Origin: an uncultured Gemmatimonadales bacterium
Lineage (GTDB): Bacteria > Gemmatimonadota > Gemmatimonadetes > Gemmatimonadales > GWC2-71-9
Direction of reading: 5' to 3'
DNA: 64,000 nucleotides
Assembly (NCBI GenBank): GCA_963779755.1
Contig: CAVZZO010000003.1
Span: 416,001 to 480,000, forward strand
Every line of letters begins with the position of its first letter. Within the stretch, counting starts at the first letter, position 1. Made by a program: the position numbers and the translations under genes. Below the pieces are notes generated by a model, which was not told where the DNA came from, ran no database searches, and was given only the letters and a program-made list of their open reading frames with translations. Positions 47,178 to 58,485 of the stretch are shown piece after piece.

Positions 47178-48059
47178 TGGTACTCAGCCGGACCCCCAGC
47201 ACCCTGATATAGAACACCGCCAGCAGGAACGTGATCAGGAAGATCACCACCGACAGTGCCGCCCCGTACCCGAAGCGCAGGTCCTGGAGCAACGCGGTGA
47301 AGGTGTAGAGCGACAGTGGCTCGGTCGCGGTGCCGGGGCCGCCGCCGGTCAGCACGTAGATCAGGTCGAACACCCGGAACGCGTCCAGGGTGCGGAAGAT
47401 CAGCGCCACCAGAATGGCGGGCCGGAGCAGCGGCAGCGTAATGTGCACGAACTGGGCCCAGGTCCCCGCCCCGTCCATGCGGGCCGCCTCGTAGGATTCC
47501 TGGTCGATGGTCTGCAGGCCCGCCAGCAGCAGCAGGGCGACGAACGGCGTCGTCTTCCAGACATCGGCCAGGATGATGGGCACCCACGCGGCCGTGGCGT
47601 GCACAAACCAGAGGACCGGATGCGGGGCGAGTCCGGTCCCGGTCAGGACCGCGTTCGCGACGCTGTGCTCTCCGCCGAAGATGAACCGCCAGAGCAGCGC
47701 CGTCACCACGGTGGGAATGGCCCAGGGCACCAGGACCGCGGCGCGCACCGCGCCGCGCCCGCGGAAGGCCCGGTTGAGGACCAGCGCCACTACCAGGCCC
47801 AGGCACAGCTCCAGGCTCACGCTGATGCCCGTGAAGATCGCGGTATGCGCCAACGCTTCCCGGAACCGGGGGTCGTGCAGCAGCTCGGCGTAGTTGGCCA
47901 GCCCGACGAAGGGCGTGCCCCGCCAGGGCATGCGCAGATCATGCAGATGCAGCGACTCCCACAGCGCCCACGCCAGGGGGAAGATCGCCACCAGCACCAC
48001 CAGTCCCAGCGCCGGCAGCACCAGCCGCCAGGCCAGCCGCGATTCGCCCCGGCCGGCGT

Positions 48060-48063
<4 letters not shown>
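47170..48063 (-). CDS. Sugar ABC transporter permease
   Basis: FVGLANY, WKTTPF, YEAARMDGA. Confidence 0.93.
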
Positions 48064-49295
<1,232 letters not shown>

Positions 49296-49409
49296 CACGG
49301 CGGGAGTCCGAGGCGTCAGTGCCTGATCCGGGTGGAAGGTCAACGGTCGAAGGGAGCAACCTGGGGGCAAGGAGAAGGGCCCTGATCCCCGGTTCCTGAT
49401 TGCTGGTCC

Positions 49410-50714
49410 CTAGGTTTTCAGCTCCTTCTTCTTGGCCGCCGGGAACAGCACGTTGTTGAGGATCAGACGGTAGCCCGGCGAATTAGGATGCAGCGACAGG
49501 TCCGTCGGCGGGTCGCCGATCTGATGCTGCGGGTCTTCCGGGTCGTGCCCGCCGTAGAAGGTCCAGGTGCCCTTGCCGTGGTCGCCGTGAATGTACTTGA
49601 CCCAGGGCGCGCCCGGCTCGTCGGCCAGCACCGTGACGCTGGGCTTGAGGGTGCGGCGGGTAAACGAGGTGGTGAGACCGTAGAAATCGGGCACCACCTG
49701 GCGATGGCTCTGCACCAGCATGGAAGGCACGGGATCGATCTTGGCGCTGAAATTGAACAAGCTGAACGAGCCCAGCGGCTGCCGTGCCCCCGGCACGTTG
49801 ACCTGGTGCCCGTCGATATCCGAGAAGGCCGAGAGGGTCGGGTTCAGGACCAGCGTCGCGTCCTGAAAGGCCAGACTGCGGGTCCAGTCCATCTTGCGGG
49901 TGGCATCCGGATCCATGGGAGAGCCGTCGGCGTAGGCGGCGGCGATATCCACCCCGTGGCTCGCCAGCGCCAGGTCGATGGTTTCGGTGGCGGTACACAT
50001 GGCAAAGAGAAACCCGCCCCGGCCCACGTAGGCGGCGATCGCCTCCGCCACGGCGCGCTTCTCGGCCGGCACGTTGGGAAAGCCCTGGCGCGACGCCATG
50101 GCGGTATTGCGGCTGACCATGTCGCTGAGCCAGGGGGCGCCCGCGTAGGTCAGGAAGAACTTCGAGTACTGGCCGGTGAAGTCCTCGTGGTGCAGATGGA
50201 GCCAGTCGTAGTGGCGCAGCGCATCCGAGAGCACGGCTTCATCCCAGACCTTCTCGAAATCGATCCCCGCGTATTGCAGGGCCATGGTGACGGCATCGTC
50301 CCACGGCGCCGCGTTGGGCGGCACATACACCGCAATCCGGGGCGACTTCTCCAGGGGCACCGCTTCCGTATTCTCCTGCGCGATCTGCGCCCGGATGGCA
50401 GTCACCTGCCCGGGATCCACCGGCTCGGTGGTGACGCCCGCCAGCGCCGCATCGCGCGCGGTGACGGCATCCGCCGGGATGAGAAACGACCCGCCCCGGT
50501 AGTTCAGGAACCACTCGGCGCGGCCGCCGCGCTGAATGACCCGATAGGTCACCCCGTAGGCCTTGAGGTGATCCTGCTGCCGGTCGTCCATGGGCACCAG
50601 CAGACTGGCCTCGGCGCCCAGGCGCGCGGCCAGCACACGGCCCAACGGCGCTGAGCCCAGCCAGGCCGCCGCCAGGCCGCCGCCGGAATGCCGGAAAAAC
50701 TCCCGGCGCTTCAT
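49410..50714 (-). CDS. Conserved exported hypothetical protein with twin-arginine-like signal
   Basis: MKRREFF; PMD..Q.DHLKAYG, WDDAVTMAL, WLHLHHEDFTGQ, GGHDPED, PGYRLILNNVLFPAA. Confidence 0.8.
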   Translation of the reverse strand: MKRREFFRHSGGGLAAAWLGSAPLGRVLAARLGAEASLLVPMDDRQQDHLKAYGVTYRVIQRGGRAEWFLNYRGGSFLIPADAVTARDAALAGVTTEPVDPGQVTAIRAQIAQENTEAVPLEKSPRIAVYVPPNAAPWDDAVTMALQYAGIDFEKVWDEAVLSDALRHYDWLHLHHEDFTGQYSKFFLTYAGAPWLSDMVSRNTAMASRQGFPNVPAEKRAVAEAIAAYVGRGGFLFAMCTATETIDLALASHGVDIAAAYADGSPMDPDATRKMDWTRSLAFQDATLVLNPTLSAFSDIDGHQVNVPGARQPLGSFSLFNFSAKIDPVPSMLVQSHRQVVPDFYGLTTSFTRRTLKPSVTVLADEPGAPWVKYIHGDHGKGTWTFYGGHDPEDPQHQIGDPPTDLSLHPNSPGYRLILNNVLFPAAKKKELKT

Positions 50715-52525
50715 GTCCTGGGCACCGCCCCCCGCACCTCGTCCAGCAGGCGCCGGGCTTGCGGCACCACCGCGCTCGCCGGATAGGTGAGGATCAGCTC
50801 TTCGAGCAGCGGCACGGCATCGGCCGGCCGCTGGAGCGATACCAGGAGCCGGGCCAGCGCCAGCTGCGCGGCGGGCGCGGTCGCGGGCGCCGCGCTGTCG
50901 ATCGCCGCGCGCAGCAGCGGCTCGGCCTCGGCCGGATGCGCACCGGCCGCCGCCAGCTGCCCCGCCTGAAGCAGCAGCTCGGCGCCGCCCGCGCCCGCCG
51001 CCAGCCGGTGCCCCAATGCGGCGAACTCGCTCTGGGCCCGGGCGCTGTCCCCCTGCTCCAGGGTGAGGAAGGCCAAGCCCAGCTCCGGCAGGGTGTCGGC
51101 CGTCACCTGCTGCAGCAGCGCCAGCAGCGAGGCCCGCGCGGTGGCCGCTTCGCGAGATCCGGCGTAGGGCCCGGCGGATTCCAGCAGCTTGCGCGCCCCC
51201 ACCAGATCACCCGCGAAGAGATGCAGCCGGCCGGCCAGCGCCAGCCCATCCACCGTGCTGTCCCCCGCCATCGCGGCCGCCGCGCGGTCCAGTTTACCCC
51301 CACGGGCCCAGCCCAGGGCCAGCTCGCGCCTGAGCCGCTGTTGCTGGGCGACGCTCAGCGCCCTGCCTTCGCGGGCCAGCTCCTGCTCCGCCTGGTCCAG
51401 ATGGCCTTCGGCGATCAGCACCTCCACCAGTGTGGTGCCCGCATCGGCCGCCATCGAGGGAGGCGCCGAGCCGTCGCGGGTGAGTACCGCGAGCATGCGG
51501 CGCGCCGCCTCCGCATCGCCCGATTCCGCATAGGCGCGGGCCGCCTCCAGCCGCACCTGCGCTGCCGGCGCACCGGTCAGGCGCTCCCCCATAGCCTCCA
51601 GCGTCATGCCGCGAACCCGTTTCGCTTCGCTGCCCGACAGCACCTGCACCTCCCGCTGGAAGCCGCGCAGCAGCTCCAGCGCCGCCGGGCCGGAAGCGGG
51701 CAGGGCGGCCTGGAGCCGCTGATAACCGGCCAGGGGTTCGCCCCAGCGCGCCTGCAGCATCGCTTCGATCTGCATGGCCAGGGCGCTCTTGTCGGCATTG
51801 AGCGCGTCCAGCACCGCCGAGCGCGCGGCGCCCGGCACCGTACTCAGCGCGTTGACCGCGGCCATGCGATACCCCGGGAGGTTCTGCACCGCCAGCAGCC
51901 ATTCGTGCACCGCCCGGGGGTAGTCCCGGTCCATCAGCGCCACTTGCGCCATCTCCGGGGCCAGGACATTGTCGCGGCCCAGCCGCTGCCGGGCGATCGC
52001 GTAGATGTTCTCGGCCTCCTGCCGCCGCCCGCGTGACAGCGCCACGGATGCCCATTCGCGGTACGGGGTTTCGTCGTTGGGTTGCGCCTGCGACCACAGC
52101 TCCACCACCCGGGCCGCGCTATCCGGCTGCCCCACGGCATAGAAGGCGCGCAGGGCCACGCTGTAGACGGCATTGGCGCCGGGCCTGGCCTGCAGCGCTG
52201 CCCGCACCTGCGGCAGGATGTCCTGGATCCGGTTCATGGCGGTGAGCGCCCGCTCCAGCCCCAGCAGTCCCGACGCATCGTCGGGATGGCCCTTGAGTAC
52301 CTCCCGGTACGCTGCCGCCGCACCGGCATAGTCGCCCTTGCGCTCCAGCTCGAACGCGCGGGTGAGCTGTTCCTGGGCCATGAGCCGGGCGGGGAGCAGC
52401 GCGACAAGCGCCAGAACCATGAGCATCCACGGTCTCATCCCGCGAGCACGGTCGAAGGTCGAAGGTCGAAGGTCGAAGACCGCTCCCCCCCGATTCCCGA
52501 TTCCTGATTCCCGATTCCTGCTCAC
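50711..52525 (-). CDS. Exported TPR-repeat protein
   Basis: Signal-peptide-like segment, helical repeats, LEELILTYPAS; start either GTG 52525 or ATG 52438. Confidence 0.75.
   Translation of the reverse strand: MSRNRESGIGNRGGAVFDLRPSTFDRARGMRPWMLMVLALVALLPARLMAQEQLTRAFELERKGDYAGAAAAYREVLKGHPDDASGLLGLERALTAMNRIQDILPQVRAALQARPGANAVYSVALRAFYAVGQPDSAARVVELWSQAQPNDETPYREWASVALSRGRRQEAENIYAIARQRLGRDNVLAPEMAQVALMDRDYPRAVHEWLLAVQNLPGYRMAAVNALSTVPGAARSAVLDALNADKSALAMQIEAMLQARWGEPLAGYQRLQAALPASGPAALELLRGFQREVQVLSGSEAKRVRGMTLEAMGERLTGAPAAQVRLEAARAYAESGDAEAARRMLAVLTRDGSAPPSMAADAGTTLVEVLIAEGHLDQAEQELAREGRALSVAQQQRLRRELALGWARGGKLDRAAAAMAGDSTVDGLALAGRLHLFAGDLVGARKLLESAGPYAGSREAATARASLLALLQQVTADTLPELGLAFLTLEQGDSARAQSEFAALGHRLAAGAGGAELLLQAGQLAAAGAHPAEAEPLLRAAIDSAAPATAPAAQLALARLLVSLQRPADAVPLLEELILTYPASAVVPQARRLLDEVRGAVPRT
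52450..52520. repeat. Mismatched heptamer arms (GGTCGAA)4 ... (CGATTCC)4
   Basis: Units at 52450, 52457, 52464, 52471 and at 52491, 52498, 52505, 52512. Confidence 0.9.
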
Positions 52526-55500
52526 GGCTTCTCCGTCAATCGCCGGAAGTACTCCACTACCAGCCGCCGCTCTTCCGGCGAGAGCTGTTGCAGCGTCTCC
52601 CAGTCGGGCATCCGCAGCGTATTGTCGTCCCCCTGCAGCTTGAGCCGCAGCGCCGGCGGCAGGTGAACACTGTCGCCCGTGGCGGCCGTGCTCTTGCGCT
52701 CCTTGTTGGGATCTTCCTGCTCGCCCTGAAGCGTGCGGCCCGCATCCAGCAGGCGGCGGTAGAGCCGCTCCTGCCGGTCCACCGTCTGCCGGTCCAGCCG
52801 CCCCTGCTCCAGCTGTTGCGACAGCTGCCGCGCCTGCTCCGCCAGCTCGCCCGCGCCCGGCAGCTGCCCCTGGGCCCGCAACCGCTCCAGCCGCTCGGCC
52901 ATGGCCCGCTGCCGGTCGGCCAGGGCGCGGAGCTGCTGCTGGATGGCGCCCTGGCCGGCCATCGGCAACAGCGAGGCGGCGTCCTGATTGAGCGCCCCCT
53001 GCTGCCCGGCGAGCTGCTGCATCTGCTCCAGCGCCTCCTGCAGGCCGCTGCCGCTGCCCGCCCCCGAAACCTGGTTCTGGCTCCGGGCCATCTGATACGA
53101 TGCGGCATTGAGCGCGTCCACCGCCTGCTCCGCCGCCTCCGCCGCCGAGCGCGGGTCGGGAGTGGCGTTGGAGATGGCGTCCTGGGCCCGCTGCATCTGT
53201 TGCTGCGCCACACTCAGCGCCACGCTGATCTGGGGGGAGACCAGCGCGTTCTTGCCCGCGGTCTGGGTCATCTGGTCTTTCAGCTTCTGCACCCCCTCCT
53301 GCAGCGCCCCCAGCTCACCCCGCATGGCAGGCAGGCTCGAGGGGTCCTCCTCCCGCAACTGCCGGGAAAGCTGCAGCTGCCGCTCGGTGAGCCGGCTGGT
53401 CTCGCTCAGCGCGCGATCCAGCCCGGCGCTGACCTCCTGCCGCCAGGCGTCCTGCATCGCCTGCCGCTCCTGGCTCAGCTGGTCGCCCAGGGGGCCCAGC
53501 AGGTCCGACGCCTGCTGCCCCTGCCGGCGCGCCTGCTGCCGCTGGCCGCTCTGCATGGATCGCGACGCCGAGCGCATCTGCTGCCCCGCCTGCGCCGCCT
53601 GTTGCGCCGCGGCCTGGAGGCGCGCCTGCCGCGCCGAGTCGCCGGTCTGCGGCGCCACCCGCTGCAGCGCCGCCGCCAGCGAGTCGGCCCGCTGCGCCAG
53701 CTGCCGCTCACTCCGCTGGGCCTGGGTGGAGTCCATCCGGCCGGTCTGCTGGTTCCAGTCCTGCTGGTCGCGGTTCAGCTCCCGGCTTTCCGCGGCCAGG
53801 TTGCTGAGGTCGCCCTCCAGCGCGGCGCGGCGGAACAGCTCCCGGCTGCGTTCCAGCGCCTCGCGCAGCTGCTTCTGCGCCTGGGCCAGCTTCTCCAGCG
53901 CCTCGCGCGCCTGCTGGGGATCGAGATTCTTGAGCGCCTGCTGCAGTTCCTCCAGCCGCTGGCGCAGCTCCGGGGTCAACGCCCGGTCGAGCTCATCCCG
54001 GATCTCCTGCAGCCGCTGCTGCCAGACCGGATCGTTGAGCCCCGCGGCCTCGGCGCTCTTCTGCAGCTGGTCCAGCACGTCTTTCAGGTCTTCGGCCTGC
54101 TGCAGCAGCTGTTCCTGCGACTGGGCGATCGCCTGCGCCTTCTGGGCCGACTGGTAGGACATGGACTCCTGGGTGCTGCCATCCTGCCCCTGGCCGCCCT
54201 CGGCGCGCTCCCGCTCGCGGGAGAGGTCTTCCGTCTGACGCTCCAGCCGGCTGCTGCTGCCGGCCAGCGAGTCCATGCGGCTTTCCACACCGGCCGACGC
54301 CTGCCGCACCGCCGCCCGCACTTCCGAGAGCGAAGGCAGCCGCAGCAGATACTCCGGCGAGCGCCCGGTGTGCGCGGCGGGCGCGTTATCGCGCGCGGTA
54401 ACCAGGTAGTGCAGCGTGTCGCCCGGGAGCAGGTTGCGGCGGCTGAAGTCGAAGTCCACCGTGAGCAGGGCGTGGTCGGGCGTGCCGCCGGGGAGCGGCA
54501 CCGCCTGCTGCTGCGACGAGTCGCGTAGCCCCAGCCGGCTCACCCGCCAGCTGGTGAGCTCCACGGCGCGGAGGCCATGGTCGTCCTGGGCGTCGACTAC
54601 CAGCGGCAGCCGCATGCTGAGCGGCGCCACCGTGTCGGCGCCGGGGACCGGCACCAGCACCACGGGCGCGCTGTCCGGCACCACGCGCACCGGCAGGCGC
54701 ACGGTGTCGCCCGCCAGCGGAGTGCCGTCCCCGGTGCCCAGCGCCAGCCGGTACTCCCCTGACGCCGCCGGGACGAAGCTCCCGCTGAAGGACCGCCCGC
54801 GGATGTCGAGCGGGATGGTATCGCGCTCCCGCACCCACCCACCCCGGGTGAGGGCCGCCGTCGCCTCGCCCTGGACCTCGAGCCGGGTGCCCGCCGGCAA
54901 CAGCAGGGTATCGCCCGAGAGCGGCATGGGCTCGCTCTCGAGTCCCAGGTAGGCGGGATAGCGCGCGGTGACGCTGATCGCGCCAAGAAAGGCGGGGATT
55001 CGCACATGGACGCGGACCGTGTCCGACACGCGGCGCCCGGCCATGGCCAGCGCGAAGAGATCGGTCCGGAGCGGCCCCACCGGCAGGGTGGCGAGACCGG
55101 CGGTATCCAACGCGACCGCCTGCGCCCGCCAGGGCTCCCCGGGAGCGCGGAGCAACAGCGTCACCCGGCGCCGGCCAATGGCACGCAGATGCAGCTCGGC
55201 ACTGCCGCCGCGGTCGACGGTATCCTGGGCGGCCCGGAGCGCCACCGGCGCCATGGTGGCTTCCCAGGCGCGGCCCGGATGCCACAACGCCGCCACCACG
55301 CCGTGGTGCGGTCCGGCGCTCACGAAGAGCAGGAGTCCCAGCGCGAACAGTCCCGCGCCGCCGGTCAGCTCCCGGCGAAAATGCTGCCGCAGGGGGCGCA
55401 GGCTCTCCGGCGCGCTGCGGACCAGCTCCGCCGCCTGGGCAGCATCAGCCGCGGCGAGCAGGGAGCTGCTGGTCCCGGGGGCCGGCGCGTCCAGAAAGCC

Positions 55501-55806
55501 CCGCACCGAGCCGGAGCGCCGGTGCCCCAGCTCCTCCAGCCGGCCCGCCAGCCAGGGCGGGGTAAGATGCGCCGAGGCACGGAGCGCCCACACCAGCAAC
55601 GCCGCCAGCACCAGTAGCGCGGCGGTCCAGGCCAGCAGCACCCAGGCGGGGGTGCGGACCCAGCCCAGGCGAACCAGCCAGCCCAGCGCGCCCAGGGTGA
55701 GCGCCGCGGCCCCGGTGGCCGCCGCCATCCCGGCCGCCAGGCGCACGCCGCGGAAGGGGCGGGCGAGCCGGCGCACCAGGGCCCTGGTGGAAACCTCGGG
55801 AGTCAT
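52522..55806 (-). CDS. DUF4175-like membrane-anchored protein with Ig-like region and long Gln-rich coiled coil
   Basis: N-terminal TMs, YPAYLG, DDHGL, GDTLHY..ARDN, QE-rich helices, C-terminal VEYFRRL. Confidence 0.75.
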   Translation of the reverse strand: MTPEVSTRALVRRLARPFRGVRLAAGMAAATGAAALTLGALGWLVRLGWVRTPAWVLLAWTAALLVLAALLVWALRASAHLTPPWLAGRLEELGHRRSGSVRGFLDAPAPGTSSSLLAAADAAQAAELVRSAPESLRPLRQHFRRELTGGAGLFALGLLLFVSAGPHHGVVAALWHPGRAWEATMAPVALRAAQDTVDRGGSAELHLRAIGRRRVTLLLRAPGEPWRAQAVALDTAGLATLPVGPLRTDLFALAMAGRRVSDTVRVHVRIPAFLGAISVTARYPAYLGLESEPMPLSGDTLLLPAGTRLEVQGEATAALTRGGWVRERDTIPLDIRGRSFSGSFVPAASGEYRLALGTGDGTPLAGDTVRLPVRVVPDSAPVVLVPVPGADTVAPLSMRLPLVVDAQDDHGLRAVELTSWRVSRLGLRDSSQQQAVPLPGGTPDHALLTVDFDFSRRNLLPGDTLHYLVTARDNAPAAHTGRSPEYLLRLPSLSEVRAAVRQASAGVESRMDSLAGSSSRLERQTEDLSRERERAEGGQGQDGSTQESMSYQSAQKAQAIAQSQEQLLQQAEDLKDVLDQLQKSAEAAGLNDPVWQQRLQEIRDELDRALTPELRQRLEELQQALKNLDPQQAREALEKLAQAQKQLREALERSRELFRRAALEGDLSNLAAESRELNRDQQDWNQQTGRMDSTQAQRSERQLAQRADSLAAALQRVAPQTGDSARQARLQAAAQQAAQAGQQMRSASRSMQSGQRQQARRQGQQASDLLGPLGDQLSQERQAMQDAWRQEVSAGLDRALSETSRLTERQLQLSRQLREEDPSSLPAMRGELGALQEGVQKLKDQMTQTAGKNALVSPQISVALSVAQQQMQRAQDAISNATPDPRSAAEAAEQAVDALNAASYQMARSQNQVSGAGSGSGLQEALEQMQQLAGQQGALNQDAASLLPMAGQGAIQQQLRALADRQRAMAERLERLRAQGQLPGAGELAEQARQLSQQLEQGRLDRQTVDRQERLYRRLLDAGRTLQGEQEDPNKERKSTAATGDSVHLPPALRLKLQGDDNTLRMPDWETLQQLSPEERRLVVEYFRRLTEKP

Positions 55807-56504
55807 CCGCCGTACCCTACGGCGTACGCAAAGAGATTCACGCCCATGCGCAGCGCCGCCTCGTGCAATGCCGGCGGATCATGATGCACCTCGTAGTCTT
55901 CCCAGCCGTCGCCCAGGTCCGACTGATAGGAGTAGTACACGACGAGGCGCCCATCGAGGAAGATTCCGAAGCCCTGCGCCGGCAGGCCGTCATGCTCGTG
56001 GATCTTGGGAATGCCTTTGGGGAAATCGTAGATCAAGTGGTAGATCGGGTGGCTCAGCGGCACCTCCACCAGTGGGTGGTCGGGAAAGAGCCGCGCCAGT
56101 TCCCGGCGAATGGACTTGTCCATGCCGTAGTTGTCGTCGGCATGGAGGAAGCCGCCCTGGCGGAGATAGCGGCGCAGGACTTCCAGGTCCTGGTCGCTGA
56201 AGTGCACGTTCCCATGCCCCGTCATGTAAATGTAGGGGACGTTCCAGAGCTGGGCGTCCTGGAGCGTCACCACCTGCTCCCGGGCCGTCACCCTGAGCCC
56301 GGTGCGGCTCTCGATCGCCTGCAGCAGGTTGGGCAAGCTGCTCGGGTTGGCGTACCAGTCGCCCCCGCCGTCGTAGTGCAGGCGCCCGATGGTGAGCACG
56401 GGGGCGCGATCGGCGACAGCGGCTTTCAGGCGCGACGGTCCGGCCGGAGGGACCAGCAACAGCAGGGCGATCGAGCTCGCCCGGAGGTACCGCAATAGGT
56501 TCAT
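55803..56504 (-). CDS. DUF4159 domain protein
   Basis: YDGGGDWYANPSSLPNL, YMTGHG, GGFLHADDNYG, SDLGDGWE, MGVN. Confidence 0.88.
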   Translation of the reverse strand: MNLLRYLRASSIALLLLVPPAGPSRLKAAVADRAPVLTIGRLHYDGGGDWYANPSSLPNLLQAIESRTGLRVTAREQVVTLQDAQLWNVPYIYMTGHGNVHFSDQDLEVLRRYLRQGGFLHADDNYGMDKSIRRELARLFPDHPLVEVPLSHPIYHLIYDFPKGIPKIHEHDGLPAQGFGIFLDGRLVVYYSYQSDLGDGWEDYEVHHDPPALHEAALRMGVNLFAYAVGYGG

Positions 56505-56519
56505 GACTAACTATATCCG

Positions 56520-56580
56520 GATTCCGCAGATTCTACAGATTCCTCTCGACCCTCTCGACCCCCTCGACCCCCTCGACCTA
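56520..56580. repeat. Nonamer tracts (ATTCYRCAG)2 and (CTCGACCCY)4
   Basis: Abuts the rsmI stop codon. Confidence 0.8.
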
Positions 56581-57432
56581 TTCTGCTCCCGCCAGCCTCA
56601 TCACCACTCCGTACAACTCATTCCTCGCCCCCATTCCCTCGTTCAGCAGCCGCTTCACCACCGCTGCGGGTCGCATGCCCTCCCCCAGCAGCTCCAAGGC
56701 CCGCGCTTCCACCGACGCCCGGTTGGGTGCCCGCTCGGCCACCTCTCCCGCCCCGGCGAGCACCAGGGTGATCTCGCCGCGGGGTGCCGTTTCCTCATAC
56801 CAGGCCCGGAGCTCGGACAGGGTGCCGGCGCGGATCTCCTCGTGCAGCTTGGTCAGCTCGCGCGCCACCACGGCGCGGCGTTCGGGCCCCACCGTTTGCG
56901 CCAGATCGGCGAGCAGGTCCACCAGCCGGTTGGCGGCCTCGTAGAGCACGATGCTCCAGGGCTCGGCGGCGACGCGGGCCAGAAAGGCGGACCGGGCGCT
57001 TCCCTTGCGGGGCGGGAAGCCGGCGAACAGGTAGCGATCGGCCGGGAGACCCGCGGCGGAGAGGGCGGCCGCCACCGCAGAGACACCCGGAATGGGGACG
57101 ACCGGGAGGCCGGCCTCGCGCACCGCGGCAACCAGCCGGGCGCCGGGGTCGCTTATCACCGGCGTGCCCGCATCGGACACCAGCGCAACGTCCCGTCCGC
57201 TCTCCAGGTGCCGCAGAATCGCGGCGATGCGGTCGTCGGGACTGTGCGCGTGGTAGCTCAGCAGGGCGGGATGGGCATCCAGGTGATGCAACAGCCGCCG
57301 GGTGTACCGGGTGTCTTCGGCAGCCACGACCGGGACGGTGCGCAGCACCTGCGCGGCGCGCGGGGTGAGGTCATCCAGATTGCCCAGCGGAGTGGCCACG
57401 ACGTAGAGCGTGCCTGCGCCGGCCTCGCTCAC
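56578..57432 (-). CDS. rsmI: 16S rRNA C1402 2'-O-methyltransferase
   Basis: LYVVATPLGNL, AEDTR, VSDAGTPVISDPG, RELTKLHEE; GTG start at 57432. Confidence 0.95.
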   Translation of the reverse strand: MSEAGAGTLYVVATPLGNLDDLTPRAAQVLRTVPVVAAEDTRYTRRLLHHLDAHPALLSYHAHSPDDRIAAILRHLESGRDVALVSDAGTPVISDPGARLVAAVREAGLPVVPIPGVSAVAAALSAAGLPADRYLFAGFPPRKGSARSAFLARVAAEPWSIVLYEAANRLVDLLADLAQTVGPERRAVVARELTKLHEEIRAGTLSELRAWYEETAPRGEITLVLAGAGEVAERAPNRASVEARALELLGEGMRPAAVVKRLLNEGMGARNELYGVVMRLAGAE

Positions 57433-58433
57433 CACTCCACCCGCCAGGGCAGCCGGTCGTAGAAGCCGGCCGCCTGGAGCATGTAGCGGTGTTCGTAGGT
57501 CGCTTCGCGGACGATGCGGGTCGCGGCCCCGGGCGCCACCAACTCCACCTCGTCGAGCAGGGTCCGCACCCAGCGGGCCAGCGCCTGGGTGAGCGCCTCG
57601 GCGCTTACCGGCGTGTTCGCCTGCCCTTCGAGCAGCGTGCCCAGCGCCGGCTCGTCGCGGGCCAGGGCGACACTGGTGCGGTCGCTCCGCCGGCGCCCCT
57701 CCCCCGGCCACTCGGCTTCCACCGCCGCCCCGATCCGCTGGTGCACCTCGCGATAGGCGGCGACCTGCGCCGCCGACGCCTGCACCGGGATCCGGTCCAG
57801 CTCCGGCAGCACCGCCACGGACAGCTCCGGCGCAGCGCCGTCGGGCAGCGGCGCGAAGAGCGATTCCATATAGCGACCCACCGGCATCTCGGGCGGGCGA
57901 TCGGAGAAGTAGCCGGTCACGAACCTGCCGTCGCTGAAGAGCAGGTAGTTGACCCGCCCGTCGGAGATGAACTCCACCACGCCGCTGAAGCGCTCGTCCG
58001 AGAGAGCGGCGAAGAAGCCCGGCGGGTTGGAGGGATCGACCGGGCGCTGATCGGCGCGGCCGGCGCAGGCGGCATACATCCAGGTGAGCTGCTGCAAGGG
58101 CGCGGTGGCGTAGCAGAGCTCGGAGCGCTCCTGCTCGGCGCGGACCCGCCGCAGGCCCTCGCTCACCACCACCGGTCCCCGGCCCTCGCTGTTGATCCCC
58201 ACCGCGTTGACCAGCTCACCGCCGTCAAAGAAGAACAGCAGCACCTCGTCGGGCAGGTAGGCCGCCAGATAGGCGTCTACCCGGCCGTCGCGGTCGTGCT
58301 TGGCGAAGGCGATGAGATGATCGAGATGAACGAAGAGAGCGCGCGTCCGTCCCAGCAGCGCGCGGTCGGCCGGGAAGGTGAGCTGCGAGAGTCGGACCGA
58401 CGAGAAGGGCAAGCGAGCGCTGCTCGCGCGCAT
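57429..58433 (-). CDS. Hypothetical protein, possibly with tandem DUF4388/PATAN-like domains
   Basis: Two similar segments: VDAYLAA..LFFFDGGELVNA and FSGVVEF..YLLFSDGRFV. Confidence 0.6.
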   Translation of the reverse strand: MRASSARLPFSSVRLSQLTFPADRALLGRTRALFVHLDHLIAFAKHDRDGRVDAYLAAYLPDEVLLFFFDGGELVNAVGINSEGRGPVVVSEGLRRVRAEQERSELCYATAPLQQLTWMYAACAGRADQRPVDPSNPPGFFAALSDERFSGVVEFISDGRVNYLLFSDGRFVTGYFSDRPPEMPVGRYMESLFAPLPDGAAPELSVAVLPELDRIPVQASAAQVAAYREVHQRIGAAVEAEWPGEGRRRSDRTSVALARDEPALGTLLEGQANTPVSAEALTQALARWVRTLLDEVELVAPGAATRIVREATYEHRYMLQAAGFYDRLPWRVEW

Positions 58434-58444
58434 AGACCGGCTCC

Positions 58445-58478
58445 CGATCCCCGGCGCCCCGAGAGGCGCCGGGGATCG
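58445..58478. terminator. GC-rich 14-bp hairpin downstream of trxA (no U-tract)
   Basis: CGATCCCCGGCGCC / GGCGCCGGGGATCG. Confidence 0.4.
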
Positions 58479-58485
58479 CCCGGAG

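Noticed and set aside
49410..50714. Asparagine synthetase B (a label I recall being applied to this family)
   Set aside because: No N-terminal Cys Ntn domain or SGGLDS motif, and it carries an export signal
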